Shown here one piece after another: positions 1 through 14,809 of a stretch of 64,000 nt of DNA. The DNA comes from Phoronis australis (lineage: Eukaryota; Animalia; Phoronida). The position numbers and the translations under genes were made by a program. Each line of letters begins with the position of its first letter. The stretch's first letter is position 1. Location: contig NMRA01000744.1 of assembly GCA_002633005.1 (NCBI GenBank), positions 92,048 through 156,047 on the forward strand. Direction: 5' to 3'. The notes beneath the pieces were generated by a model. The model did no database searches and had not been told where the DNA came from. It saw only the letters and a list, made by a program, of their open reading frames with translations.

Positions 1-372
1 ACCTTTACTCTTTAAGCATTCGTAGATGCGCAAGAAATTTTGCACATACACAAATTGATTTATGGCAGAGTGAAGCATTTTTTTATTTTTCCTCCAAACA
101 ACGAAGAGATATCGAGGGTTGAAAAGTAACAATTAAAAGTTATTCGATGAAAAACGAAAAAGAAAAATCATGGAGATTGACATTTACTTAAGACGGAGAG
201 TCATAATTATGAATCATAGAAATCTCTTCACACCTTAATACCGAACACATTCAATACAACTGACAACCAATCAAGGACAATGTAGAAAAACGTACACGCA
301 GAATTTTGTAAAAAAATCTTAGTGATTAAGAAAGCCAGAAGTGATACTCGACGTAAACACAGCCAGTCTTAC

Positions 373-493
373 CTGCCAATGCCCGAATACGGGACCTCTC
401 AAACAGCCTGGCCGAGTTCGAACCGTCTTCGTCCTCCATCGGCCCGGGGTCCCACCGATTGCTGACGAAACGCTGATCCACCTCCATGGTCAT
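373..493 (-). CDS. SPTBN1: Beta-spectrin (conventional, SPTBN1/beta-Spec type), first coding exon; gene continues beyond position 1
   Basis: Translates MTMEVDQRFVSNRWDPGPMEDEDGSNSARLFERSRIRALA, matching the conserved beta-spectrin N-terminal motif RWD...SARLFERSRIKALA. Phase-1 donor CAG|GTAAG at 372; pyrimidine-tract TGTAG acceptor at 517-516, so the exon spans 373-515. The symbol names the closest vertebrate family member, not strict orthology. Confidence 0.93.
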
Positions 494-1745
494 GGTGCCA
501 CGCCCTTCCAAGGTCCTACAACAGAGAAAAGTTGTGAATACAGCGCATTATAACGCACACACACACAAAAAGTTAGAGGCTTAATAACACCAACACACGA
601 CCCAATGTACTTTACAAAGAACTGACCGCCAACTAGTTCGAATTGGTCACACTTTGTTTCCAACTCATTGCATGTGAGCCACGATGCGTCAAAGCAAAAT
701 CAACTCATCAATGCGGCGGCTCACAGAAATTCATGCACACTGCAGGGCGCATGACCTTGACGTTTGTCACGAAGCAAAACTGTAAATCATTCAGAGTACA
801 TAGCTGGGACTTGAGAAATCTGTGACTCGTAGCAATGACATGGTCAAAGAACATATAGAATATCTGTTATTTATTTTAATCTTATCAGACACATGAAATG
901 GAATACACAGAAAATTATTAAAACAGAAACGGCACAGCAACTTTCATTTGTATGGAAAAAGCAGGCAATTTCTAACTGAAACTGTTTTAATCACTCGATC
1001 AAGCCAAGTCTAATACGCAAACTTCAAAATAGAATAAAATTAGCAGGCCCAGAAGCTTCACGTGGAAACAATGAAATCCATTCAAGAATTCAGGGCTTCA
1101 GGCAAAAAGTTCACACTAACATCCAATCATATTCTCAGATAATGCACAACCAGTAATGCTAATTCGCCACATCAAAAAAAGTAACTATAGCAACAAAAAA
1201 AGGAGTTGCGCCCCAAAACCAGAATCAAAACACTACAATGGTTTTCATATCATCATATTATAGTACGGTACTGCATCAATAACATGTTGGCCAATCAACC
1301 CCAAAGCAGTTACAGTTACTGTCTCCCAGGCAACATAAACAACATTTGGAAAACTCTGACAACTGAGTAGCCACTCAAAACCTGAGCTGCTGAAGTCTAC
1401 ACATTCAGCCAAGGACATCATGAACAATTTCTTTATGGAAATGAACAAAACAGAAAACTGTCAAACAAAAACAGATCCAATGTGAAAGGATCAGAATCCT
1501 TCGATAAGCTAACATGTAAATGTTTCCTAAAGCAATTTGCAAAATTAGTTCCAGTCTGTACGCAGTCTAAGAAATCTGCAATCACAGACTAAAAAAACCC
1601 GCCCACCTACATCAATTTCAGCAAAGGTCTTGTGTTTTTTGAAAAGCTATACAAAGGCACGTAAGCAAGGTTTGAAACGCCACAATACTACAAAGCGATG
1701 AGTAAGAAAAACAAATCCCAAATCATTTTTGCTAGTCTCTAGGGT

Positions 1746-2350
1746 CTCCGATGGAGTTTATCACATCTGACATCATAGCTCAACAAGCTGTTATATTCTA
1801 GACAGACCACTGGCACCTCACCTGCTATTACCAAGTTAAAGGCTACACCCATGCATGCTTACATGCTTGCTTGACTTGGGCCTACAAATGCTGAACAGGG
1901 TGTCTTAGCTAGGGTATCTTAATTTAAGTCAGAGTGTTCATCTGGTCACCTTCCAGATGAAGGCCTGTGGACCTGTCTAGTCCTGTCGGTAATTTTGGAA
2001 ATGATCAAAAGAAATTCAAGAAGCAAACTCTGACTTGGAAAGAAATGNCTCCGATGAAGTTTATCATATCTGACATCATAGCTCAACAAGCTGTTATATT
2101 CTAGACAGACCACTGGCACCTCACCTGCTATTACCAAGTTAAAGGCTACACCCATGCATGCTTACATGCTTGCTTGACTTGGGCCTACAAATGCTGAACA
2201 GGGTGTCTTAGCTAGGGTATCTTAATTTAAGTCAGAGTGTTCATCTGGTCACCTTCCAGATGAAGGCCTGTGGACCTGTCTAGTCCTGTCAGTAATTTTG
2301 GAAATGATCAAAAGAAATTCAAGAAGCAAACTCTGACTTGGAAAGAAATG
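1746..2350. repeat. 302-bp direct duplication separated by a single N (probable assembly/haplotype artefact)
   Basis: 1746-2047 and 2049-2350 are identical except for about 3 substitutions; the junction is N2048. Confidence 0.9.
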
Positions 2351-5340
2351 GCACGGTTACCAAGGAAGCCAATCCTTCCAAATTGGTTTGTGCTAAGGTT
2401 CGTGCTATGTTGCATTGATTATTAATATCCAAGTAAGCACTGAAAATCTCATCTGATAAGAACCATTCACTGTGAATAATATGCTTGGTTCATCAATGAG
2501 GCAATTATACATGACATTAAGCAGTGGTACAGTGTGAACACAGGAGTGCTTTTAAGCTGAAACGCCTTCAATCAAAACAGTAAATGAACATCAAACACAA
2601 CACATTTTATTCTCAATATACCAGACAGTAGCTCCACCTAGTGTCTGGTGATGGAAGCAGCTTCTCCAGACATACTGCTTGTGGCGCATACGGTGACTGG
2701 CCGCTCAACCTAACTCATAGAACCCAGTCATCAACCAAGCACTGAAATCACTTCCAGTCCCAGAAGGAACAAGACTGATTTTTATAGCCATAAGGGGTCT
2801 ATGCTAAAAGCATTCTGCAAAAAAGGGAACATAACAGCTTTAACAACTGCCAAGATCTTTTATTTGGACAGCAAAATGCCATTTGTTATTCACTAACCTG
2901 CCACGCCAGGTGCAGCTCTAGAACATAATTTCAAGCTACTTTCTTTGATCAATTACTAGCCAAGACAGGCACAACAAAGTTTGCCCTGACTGCAAAAGTA
3001 AGCTGAAGACTACAAGTCAAAGAGTGCATAAGGTGTAGCATAGCGTGGACGGAGAAAAAAGCAACTTACTGTAACAGACGGGATAAATCGGTTCAAAATA
3101 AAATGATTATAATTTCAGGGTTTACAGTGTGAAAGTCACATCACTAAAGATCATTTTACCAGAAAAAAATTATCGCCAATTCAAATCTGCCATTTATAAA
3201 CAACCTTCGACACAGGGAACATAAACGGGCAGGTAATTTCGACCTCCAATAATTCAGAGTCTAAATTTGACATTTCAAATCAAAAATAGGAAATCCAGGT
3301 CGAAATATTGTTCTTCAAATCACCGCTAGAGGTACTGGTATCAAGTGTACATTGGGTTCTCAGTTGAAATTTTGCCTTTTATTTGTTTTTTACGTGAAAA
3401 AGCAAGCTACTGAGTTACAAATATTTGTACTTGTGATCAAGGTGCACTAGAATTAATTTTTTATTAACTTCAAGTGGAACTTCCAAGTGAAATTTCCCGT
3501 AAAATTCACATAGTGCAGAATACGCAAAAATAAAACTTGTGAATCAGCTCACATAAAAAATATCATCAATTGATAAACTTAATCCACAAGGTAATAAACA
3601 GGCAAAATTTATTATTCTTGAGAAGTTCACCTTTACATCGGTATGGTTGGTTGCTTAGCTACATAAAGGACATCCAACAATGTCCAGCGATCTTTCATGG
3701 CCACATAGCTACAGAGTAGTTATTCTGGGTTTTAATGCAATGAAGTGTGCAACAAAAACAAAGAAAACACATCAGAAATATAAACTTTAATGTGTCTTTC
3801 CCTTAGCAAATGCTAATTTTCAAATGCCAGCAGTCATAAAATCAATACACAATAAGGATATGTGTGTATTTTACAGCTTTGTTTTACAACAATAAACTGA
3901 TCAGTAAATACCACCATGGTAACTGCACCATCAGTTACCATCCATAGGCACCATATACACTGTACATACACAGCGATTACAAACAATTTTATGACAATTT
4001 GATGCCTTTAAAAAACTAACATAGCCATGTAAAACAGCACCTGCCACTGAAGTCGAATTTGTCGAGCTAGGTAAAATTTGAGGTCAATAATTCAAAGTTT
4101 AGGTAGCCAAAATTTCACAATTAGAGGTGTCTCATTTCAGAGCTCTCCATATGTCACCCTGGATGAGAGAGGACTTCTTTGTACTGACCTTGTGTTACTT
4201 GAAACCAGACTTAAACCACAATTATACTGTGGTAGCCTATGCTGAAAAAAGATGATTTTAGACACCTATGGTCAAGTATTGCTGTATTAGCCACCACGGT
4301 ACACTGTTAAACACCAGTTGTGCAGTATTCCAAGAAATTTCAAATGAGGTATAATCACACCTTTTCCCCGATTTCCCATGGCATGGTTAAGGACTCGGAT
4401 ACACACTGCACTGGGTTTGCAGTTTACAAATTTTAACTGTTTGATCCTACACTCACCTAAGTCCCCTTTTCTCATAAATTCTATGGAACATTTTATTTTG
4501 ATGCCTTAATTTGCGGAAAAGGTTAAACTCTATCAGCAAGTTTGTTGGAAATCATACAAAGTGGGGGGAATCTAGTAACTTGAGGCCAGTTGTGACATTG
4601 ACACCAGCAATATAACACAATAATGAAGTGCTTTTCTACATAGTTTACACTCTAACAGTCAAATGCCATATCATTGCTCAAACAAGTAGAGGAAATCAAA
4701 AGCAGGTAAACAATTGTTACAAGCCAGTGCAATAATCCTTCCCAACAAGCTGCCTACAAAGGCTGACTGTGGGATCTAATTGTATGAGGAATTTCCCACT
4801 GTACATAGAGAAGAAGCCAGATAATGCCACTGAACAGCTTGTACAAACAGAGGTGTTGAATGACAGGAACATACAATCACATCCAGCCTGGGCACATGTC
4901 ACTGGGACTAGTACAAGAACAACAAATAACCGTGAGGTGTGGGACTGTGGCCTGAATACCACAACTGGGACTATATTATGACCTGCCGTGTGGGTACCAC
5001 AGAGGCTGGGTGAATCATGCACCCAGTTTCCATGCAGTAAAGAATCATCTTGCCCTACAGTATATACGATACATTGCACAAGCCCAGTGTAACAGACTTG
5101 ACAACCATCTAGTTATTCTGATGCAACTCACAAGGCAACTACAGATCTCTGTAGGCTTAGAATGCAGGAATGTGCAAATAACTTCAAACAACTTGTATAG
5201 CAGCACTGAAAGCTGTCTTCTGGATATGATACGGTATTTTTTGGGCAACAGTACTATTGTATAGTAATATGGTATCAATATCAACATCAATGTAGTACTC
5301 AGCTGGATATATTGTGACCTTCCCTCTAAACATTACCAAA

Positions 5341-5563
5341 CAGGGCTTGGAATGACCAATGACAAAAAGAGGAAAACTTTCCGGGACAATTATCGTTCCA
5401 CAAATTAATAGGTTTAAGCGATAGAAAAACTTGTTGTGTTGCAAATAAATGTTTTTGTATGAATTAAGTCAAAAAAATGATAAAAAAAGAGACGAAAAAA
5501 GAGGAAACTGGAAATCAAATAAGAGGACATCGAAACCAAAACAGAAGAAAATTCCAAGCCCTG
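5341..5563. mobile_element. MITE with 13-bp perfect TIRs (CAG-starting, hAT-like)
   Basis: CAGGGCTTGGAAT (5341-5353) and ATTCCAAGCCCTG (5551-5563), flanked on both sides by ACCAAA (5335-5340, 5564-5569). Confidence 0.75.
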
Positions 5564-8500
5564 ACCAAAAGTTGACCCAATGAAGCATCTACACGTGGCA
5601 ATGATAACATGGTCTTGAGTAGTCTATCTGCAGTTGTATTACAGAGGTTGGAAGAAATGAAGCCGGCATGGAATGCAGTGATTGGGGTGCTGTATGGGGA
5701 CCCAATAAGAGTAGAGGATCAATATATGACAGGATGAATTTTATCAGAACGGGACCACAGAACATAATAGGTCAGAAGCCTCTGCCCCTTATGTATGTCA
5801 TACAACAGAGTCCTCGCTCACCAGAGGGGGTTATGTGTCTGTGAATTCAGAAACCTTTTGGTTAAGAGGGGAACCCTCCCATCACCACCAATTGGTTACG
5901 AAAAACATTAAAAATAAAAACTAGGCCAGTATGCTTTTATGCTGCATGCTAGCCCGTAAGTAGCCTTTCCAGACTGGCATTTGATACTATACAAAGGTAA
6001 ATTTCAAAATTCAACAACAGAATACCGTTAACACATAAACATATACCATTCACAATTGCCGTAGCAGAGCTGTTGCAGTCACGAATGACTGTTGGACAAA
6101 CAGGTAAATACTCTAATATTACATCAAGCTCACTAATGAGCCTATAACACAAAGACCTGCAGATCTTTCATCACCTTAAGGTTGCGTAGGACCTTATTGA
6201 CATGTTGGTGTTATTTAGTCAAATGTCTACAAAATTAGAAATTTTAACTGAATAAAAGTATATTTTCTGAAAGTGGAAAACCTACTGAATTTGATTGTTG
6301 ACTTTGTTAACATTCTGATAGCCTTTCACGCAAAATGGAGCAGTTTAAAATCAATTCCCAATAGCACAGCGCAGAAGGTTGTATAAAGCACAGTATTTGA
6401 TAGTTTCAAAAGAACCAGATCAGTCATTCCTGAGATGTGATGAACCGATGTTGGAAAAATAAGGACATTTTCAAGAGTCCTCCATAACCCAAAGGCCCTG
6501 TTCACAGTAAAAAAAACTCCAGTAAGAAGGGAATATTAAAGTTGAGCCCTTTAAACCAACTTTTGTAAACGTTAGGTGACAAAGTCATCATCGAAAGTAA
6601 TCGCGATAAACCCTGTTGTTAACTTCGATTAGACTGAAATTGGCCATTCATATTGTGTCGAAGCTCCACCATTAAATCTACCCGTTTACTGCGAAGTTAA
6701 CTGCAGCTGCTCATTTGAGATCTAGGATCAAAGCCAATCGTTCATACTGACCACCAACTCCTCAAAACATTGACATGTTTTAGTTAGTACAAAAGGGCTA
6801 TGTAGTTAGAAATTTCACAAGTCATTGAGGCAGCATTCCGTAATCGCAAGAGCCTAGCAAAAAATGAGACCGCACAAGAACTCACAGAATAACGCTAGAA
6901 AAAAGCGAGTTTCACGAACATAGTAGAGACTCTGATAGGCATGACCTAACAAAATGGAAACGATTGGTCAGTGAGGTTGGAATGTTCGGCACAACAGCAG
7001 TTGCTACATGTAGAAAATGACATGATAAAAACTATTAGTAAACAGGAATGATCACGCAAATTACTAGTGGTTGACAAACACTAGACATGGTAACTGTCTG
7101 GTACTAATTTAATCCCTGAAGTTTCGGGGTCTGTAGCTCAATTCACCTCCAATCATCGTACAAAATCCACGTACCTTCCCAAAAAAATTGATATCAGACT
7201 GCTGTAGATAACAAACCACAAAATCATTACCAAATAATCCCAACAGTGCCAGTCAAAGGAGGGTGTTCACCACTCTAGACAGTTATCAGGATCAGTCCAT
7301 GTTTCTGCCCTATAACACCCACCTGGTGTTTACGCTAGTCAACCAAGTGATGATAACCTGGCTCATGGCCGATGACCTAAATACATAAATTACCCTGTCC
7401 ACTGCCTTCTGCCAGTAAGCCATTAACCTGTCTGGATACCTGATAAGAAGAGGTTTGAATAGTGGTTTGGAAGGTTTTTCCCAATGCCCAGAAATTGAAC
7501 TTTAGTATTTGCCATTACTCATAACGCAACCACATGTGATGGACATTTTTATTCCGAGACCTAAAATAATCTTCTGGAGTCTTACCCCCATTGTAAAGTC
7601 GTTTTCTCTTTGACACATACATAAGGTAGAATTCTTAATTCCTTCATAGTATTAAAAATAAATAGGGATCTTTCATACAACACCACAAACTTAAGGACTT
7701 TCACCGAAATAAGGGCTCAGATTTCCAATTAATTATTAGAAAATTTCATGAAAGAGGAGCTCGCAATAAAGAAATAATGTTAGTAAAATATATATACATT
7801 TAGCCAGTTAACCAAGTCTACAAATGCACTGAATATTTAAGGAAGATAGTTGATCTCTTACTGGGACTTGTTTCATGCGACCAGCCACTGGGCAGTGTAT
7901 TCTTCATCCAGAGTACCCATTCACTCACTCACTCACTGACCAACTGTTGCAGGGTGATTGACCCTTGACAACACTATGATGAACAATGCAGGTAGTCATT
8001 ATCAGCAAATGGCTATCAGAAAATCCCACTTATCACTGAGAACAAGATCTCGCACAACACACCTCACAGGCTTATGTACCCTGGGAAAATTAAACTTCAA
8101 ATACTTACAAGCTTGGAGAAATTTCGGCTTGGTCAAAGAAAGTGAGTATGCCATGCCTTAACCTTTATTTTCAGACAAGTCAGACCATGGAAAAGGAACA
8201 TCTGGATAGCATTCAATAACTGTCTTGCAGAGAGAAAATCAACCCAAAATCAAATGATCTCGTTGGAAATACAGGGCAATGTCTCCTGTAATCTTGCAAA
8301 GTCTTTCTTTTTAGCATGGTCCAAGTATTACTGATTAGCATTGTATCTATAATTCTATAGTAGGTAAAATTAGCCTCAAACCACAAACCAGCAAGAGGTG
8401 GGACACCCCAGGGATTTTCAGACTCAGACAGTGACAGTATAAAATGCTGTTATCAGTCACAGATTCACAAACCACTCCTACACAGAGCAAAGTACTGGGA

Positions 8501-9075
8501 AAAGATTATCACCAAACCTCGGAATGTAGGTAATGCAAAAAACATATACTGCCTGTCTATTAGATACAGAACCAAGTGTACTTCAGCGAACATTAAAAAG
8601 ATGTTACATCAACCTGTGAATCAAAACAGCTACCAACATAAGTAGGCAGCTCAGCTAACAAATTTTCATTAAACCAAGGATTCACTTGAGAACAGAATCT
8701 CCAAGACCACCAACACTGCAGTAAGCTTAAATGCAAGCTTTTTTCAAAATCATATTAATCCTATAGATTCATTAACGGTTAAGATACATTTTGATCCATT
8801 TTAAAGCTTCGTATTTTACCTAAGTGTGGCTGTCTTCCTGAATCACTAGATAGGATTGTTGAAAGATTAAAGTGACAGTTAATTGGAAAATTACAATGGC
8901 AAATCATGCAACTGTGCCTCAGGGTAGAACAAAGTAATCAGAGTGACAGAGACCATGGTTCAACCGTGTTTTCTCCGATCTGCGAAAATAGTGTCTGTCC
9001 CTGTTGGCTATCGCTGACACTACATGGTGCAGTACAACCATAGGCCAGCACCAGTGGCTTTACGATTGAGATAAC

Positions 9076-9096
9076 GATCGATCGATCGATCGATCG
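9076..9096. repeat. (GATC)n microsatellite
   Basis: About 5 tandem GATC units. Confidence 0.85.
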
Positions 9097-11282
9097 AAAT
9101 ATTAATTGAATCAACAAACCACATAGATCATGAATAATTATTCCTCCCTCCCCCTCACCTTGTAAATTAATCCTGCGAAATTTTGTGGAACTCAGAAACT
9201 TGACAAACTCTTACAGCAATGCAACAATTTTTCCAAGCAAATTTTGTGTGAAAAATACATGGTATTATAACAAACAATGTTCACACAAAACGCCTCTATT
9301 GTAAACTCTCAAGGTACGCTATAACCTAAAGTGCACCCTGCAATGCAAGACACTTGCCCGTCCACACCTTCAGAAGCGACCATTCTGCTACCCTACACTA
9401 TTACTGTCTCCAGCTTACTGGTGAAACACTCACCACTCATTCGCACAATTTTGCGTCAGCTTGCGTAATCTCGCTTTTCTCACAAGCTACTTGCTCTACA
9501 CACTGAACACTACCCTGCTTTCAGTGTGATGCACAAGTGCACAGCCTGTAACTAACATGACTCATCGTCACCATGGCACCAACATACCATTAATACTGCA
9601 TTTCTCCATATATTTTCTCTTTGAAAGTCAGCAAATGCCATGTTTTGGTTTTGGAAACAAATTGACTAATGTCAAGGTTGATATGTCTAACTGAAGAGTG
9701 TCTGCCTTGTATAATGAACATCTCTTCTGGTTGGTGATCTCGAAAGTGGAGAAAGGATTTCTACAGCCAAAACTGCCAACTGATAGGTATATACCAAGTG
9801 GTGGGTTCAAGGGTGTGCAAGGCAGCGGTCGATGGAATGATTTCAAGTATCAAATACACAATACCCGCTTATTCTAGCCCAGGCACCTACACCTAACGTT
9901 ATGATTTTTGCAAATAAAATTTTTCACATATACGCATGCCATTGTGCCTAAGTTTCACTTATAGACGTTGATGGTTATCGCTTCCATATACACACGTCTT
10001 AAAGTACAAATCCCGGGTCGACGCTAATGAAATAAGGAGTTCATCTAACCTGATTTAGGCACAGCTTCAGCTAGGCCTAAATATAGGCATAAACAGGAAA
10101 TAACACGTTTTTCAAACAATTCCACCAACGATGACAGACTCAAATTGAAAACACAAAACTATTTTCTTATATGATGATGCAAATCTCAAAACATATGTAA
10201 CAAGTACGCAAGGAAGCTAATGAAAAAAAACTTGAAACTTGCAAAGGTAGCCATTATAATGTTCAGGTTTGTCCCGCAGTCGGGTTCACACACTTCACAT
10301 GAGGGCCATTAAAACATTAGAACCTCAATAGCACCTTTATGCTAATCACATTATTCACATACAGGGACCCTACACAATATATAGTAGTCAACGAAATTTA
10401 ATTATCCCAGCTTATCATAAATACAATGTTTAAAGATCTATGTTACAGCTGCCATGTGACAATGATTCTGAAAATTGTGGGCATTTACAACCATATAACA
10501 AGTCTTTGCAAAAAGGAAAAAAGACCAATTTTGACAATTATTTTTGTTCGAAATAGAAGATTTTAACATATAAATGCTGATCTTAGGACTTAGAGAGCCA
10601 CCAACAAACAGTATTTTGAAAAATGGTAGGCAAAAGTGGGCATTCACAACAATGTCTAGAACCCTATGAAAAATGAAAACAGTCAATTAAGACAAAAATC
10701 TTTGCGAATTTGGGGAGATGTTCCCATAACCAAATTTTTCAAAATTACAATCACCACTGTTATTCTATTTCAAGTTCAGAGTTTCCAGTCTAATCCACAA
10801 CTTCACAATCTTACTAAATGGCTCCTGTATTGGATAAAAGGAAATTTTTACAACCATAAGTTGTAGATATTTCATATTCCTATTGGTCGAATCTGTTGTG
10901 CTTTAACAATACATTTCCAATATAACACACACTAGGCCATCACTCATTACAACTTTTAAAATTACAAAGCATTTTGTTCTTTTCTCCTTCAAGCCTAAAC
11001 AGCAAGCTGTCACAAAATCACACTTGATTGATGACATCATGTTATGTCTTGAAAGGTTTTCCAATTGCTATTATCTCTTGCAAAACAAAACATGTCTAAG
11101 CAGAGGTCTTCTCAATCTCATCTTTGTGAAAACATCATAAGCAAGTCAACCAGTTTGTTATAAACAAAGTTGATCGACAGTTATTCCTGTGGTACTCTAC
11201 CAATAGCGCACTGCAAGTGCATGATTCTCAAGTGAACCAATTCTGACAGTAACAAGACCACATACAGGCGTTCATGTTAGGG

Positions 11283-11322
11283 CACACACACACATTCACA
11301 CACATTCACACACATTCACATT
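11283..11322. repeat. (CA)/(CACACACATT) microsatellite
   Basis: Directly visible CA-rich repeats. Confidence 0.75.
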
Positions 11323-14300
11323 AGTAACACCAGTGGGAAGCTACATGGAGAGGACAAGTTCAATCAATAATAGATGCACGTTGGGATAGTCGAGAAGCTG
11401 TAGAGCCGTGTTTGAGAATCGCGCTAGCCACGATGGGATCAATACGGCTTCTATAAGGTGAACTGAACATGGCTGCTGTCTCTGCAAGAACAAAGATGCT
11501 GTTTCATTCAGGTTGCCTGATCAATAACTCATTAACAGGGGGCCCATAAACAAATCGACTGGGAATAGCTGCTGAGCACCATTGCAACAACACAGAATTC
11601 AAGTGCAAACTACTTAAGACAACCAGATCATGTAAATGTCCCAAGGCAGTGAGAGGGCATTAAGACAAAAAACAGTCATTTTTGAGAAGTAGAGAATGGA
11701 CTTGCACAACCACATAACTGATTCCGGGGTGACACTCCCCCGGGGGTTGTATTTACACCAGCTACCTTCAGTACATCAAGGTAAAATGCAACATAGAAAA
11801 AAGTAGATTGGAATGCACTGCACTGATTATTAGAAAGATTAAGTGCATCGTGTGCAATTTGGGAGCTGAAACTTCTTTGTTGCATTTTAGACAGCCTGGA
11901 TTTCAGTGAGATTGCCTGTGAAAGACGTTGGCTAGATGTAAGACTTGCCTTGAACAAAAACGAAAAATATCAACCTTCGCTTCTCAATCCACATATTTAG
12001 TGAACTTTGAAAATTCACCTATTTTGGTTCCCATTAAGAAGTTACAGAATGAAGTTGACACTGGTGCAGAAACAACAACCAAGTCATCCCTCATCTAGAA
12101 GCTCCACTGAATGTTCATATTTACGTAGAATTAGAATGTTACTCTGCGCGTACTTATATCGATGTGTACCCTCAAATTAAATCTGTGCACAGAAGTCTAG
12201 CGCCGAAGGTTGTTGCCAATTTCTTTCATACGAGTATTTATGGTGTTATTTACTTAAGGAATGAGTCACTAACTATAATATACATAAAGTTCGACTAATG
12301 TCAACTTTTACTCAATCTGCAGTCAACGACTTCGAAAAAAGAACTGACACCAACAGACTCCTGAACCGTTCACTTCATGACTTGAAAATCCTAATCCCTA
12401 GGGCACCTGCTAAACCTCCAAGATCGATGGGAACCACTGTTTAACATTCCATGAAGCCTTTCCAATTCCAACCCTACAGTTTTGATGCAAGGACACAATT
12501 CAGAATGTATACAAAAATAAAGAACGCACACCAATATCAGTATATGCAGCGTAACATCCCTATTCTACATCGAATAACCATTTCAATGGATAGAACAACC
12601 ACATTTTTCAGGTAGAAATGTACTTGTTTAAGAATCCTTTGGCGCTTCATAGAAGACAGGCTGGTATTGGGTAAACAACATGAACATAGCCTATGATTCA
12701 CAGATGAATAATCACCCTTGATGGCAGGGGGCACTAGTCTTGTGACTCTAAGCACTGACTCAATATGTTAGAATATAACACATGGGCAAGGAGAGATATT
12801 TATAGAAAAGACTGTGTTTGCAGAAAGGCTAAGAATCTCTTACTACTGCTAACTGCTTACATACATGACAAACCTCAAAAATTCAAAGATGGGTTGCCAG
12901 TGGTAATACCAGTGCTGTTAATAACATGGGGTTTGAGATCCCTAATGATATCTGACTTTTCAGAGTGGTAAACAAAACAAAGCTTGTAAGTGTTTTAACC
13001 ACATGTGTTACAATCTAAGCTAAGCTTTAGAGAATTGTACAGAATAAAAGAAATACCACAGGGTGAATTTTGAAACACGAAAAGCGTGGACGTATGTGTA
13101 CCAAGAAAGTTTGAAACATGATATTTTGACAAAAATAAAGTTTGGAAATAATGTTACTTTGGCAAAACACGTAGCTTTTGGCAAAAATAAAATTTATTAA
13201 CATATTTCAGCTGGTTTCACACCATTGCTGTGTTGTACACACAGATCTGTCAAAAAATAATTTAGGTCCTGAAACCAGTTAAAAATTTCCAGATTATAAC
13301 ATAATGTGGGAGCTCAGGGAAGGAAGTTCTATTGAAAATTGATAAACAGTCCAACAGTTGAAGTGGCATATTTTTGGTAAGGCAATACATCATCCTAACT
13401 GCTGCAGGCTTCCTAAATTCTCAATTAAAAATTTCAGGAAAAGTGCAAAAAACTATACTAGACTAAAATATCTGTGATAATTCACTCATACCCTAATCAG
13501 AAAGTCAATTTAGTTAGAGCAACTGGAGTATATTCACAAAAACATGTCAAATCACAGCAAGCTTTTTTCACAATGAGCACATTTTGCAAAGGTAACATCC
13601 AGGAGTTCAGAAAGTGAGGCGCTCTGATTGGCAATTACTGAATGATGTCACTTGTCATGTTCAATAAGCTCATGGGTGGTGGTGAAAAATTTAGCAGTGA
13701 CAAAAAGTGGGGTTGGAATTCTTTTGAAATCTGTCTCAATTGGAACAAAAAAAGGCACGGATAGAATCGGGTAGAGTTGCAGTAGGAATTGAGTGTTTTT
13801 ATAACTGTAATTTGTAAATTAAATTTGTATTTTTCACAAGATGAAAAGCATTTAGCCACCAAATTTTGACTCTCTGTGTGCATAACATCATGGGGTTATG
13901 CACATACAGTGACCGTCTGGTAAGGAGATCAACAGCTTGAATGGTAGCAAAATGAAATTGTGTAGCAGACGGGTGAATTCCCCATAACCCTCCGTGTGTT
14001 TCCGTTTGACTTCGAGCACATTGGTTGTAAATCCGGTCAGTCGTTGACGGAACGAAAGACTATTTAAAAAGTTGATTGCGGAAATATTTGCTCCAGTTGG
14101 AACGAGACTCCAACTGCCTCTAACGGTGTGCATCTACACTAGAAAGGTACATATAGTAATTTAAATTTGATAGTTAAGTTAGGGTGAAACATTATTTGCA
14201 GAAAATCTTCAAGTGTGCAGGCTCACTTGATTAGGAATAGATATATGCCATTGTCTATATCATACTTTGAGCTGCTCAATACAACACTACAGCAGCATTA

Positions 14301-14809
14301 GCAAGATCAAAATGACATTTGATTTCATTCATTAGCCTCCTATAAGATTTCCAGGGCTTATAAATTTCTTCCTGATAACATTAAATTTATGAATGACCAG
14401 ATGAAAACAGTTTGAAATCTGGGTCAAACAAACAGGGGAATATATTTGTCCACTTTTAGTATTTAAAACACTGTAGCTAATTGATACAAAACCCAAAAAT
14501 ATTCTTAAAACCACAACGGAATTTGGAAAACCAAGACCAGCCGGGGACATGGTTTCACGCGAACACCCAAAACCGCAACCAATGTCAACTATACATGACA
14601 TTGACACGGGAATATGGGAGACATGCCAATAAAAAACAGGTCAAGTCGACCGGCACATATTCGTTAGTATATCCACCCACTAAGAGTAGAATAACACAGG
14701 AAGCAGCAAGTTAAAAGTTCAGACTATCAATTTCCCACGAGGTACAACTATCAAGAAGAAAGATGGGCCTTGTTGAAGTTTAAACAATGAACTTAATATG
14801 GTTTACCCT

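Noticed and set aside
4717-5444. Cluster of overlapping ORFs in the putative spectrin first intron
   Set aside because: No motifs or convincing splice signals; consistent with random ORFs.
7280-7450. Small cluster of GATA motifs as a spectrin enhancer
   Set aside because: Three short motifs in AT-rich DNA are expected by chance; no conservation data are available.
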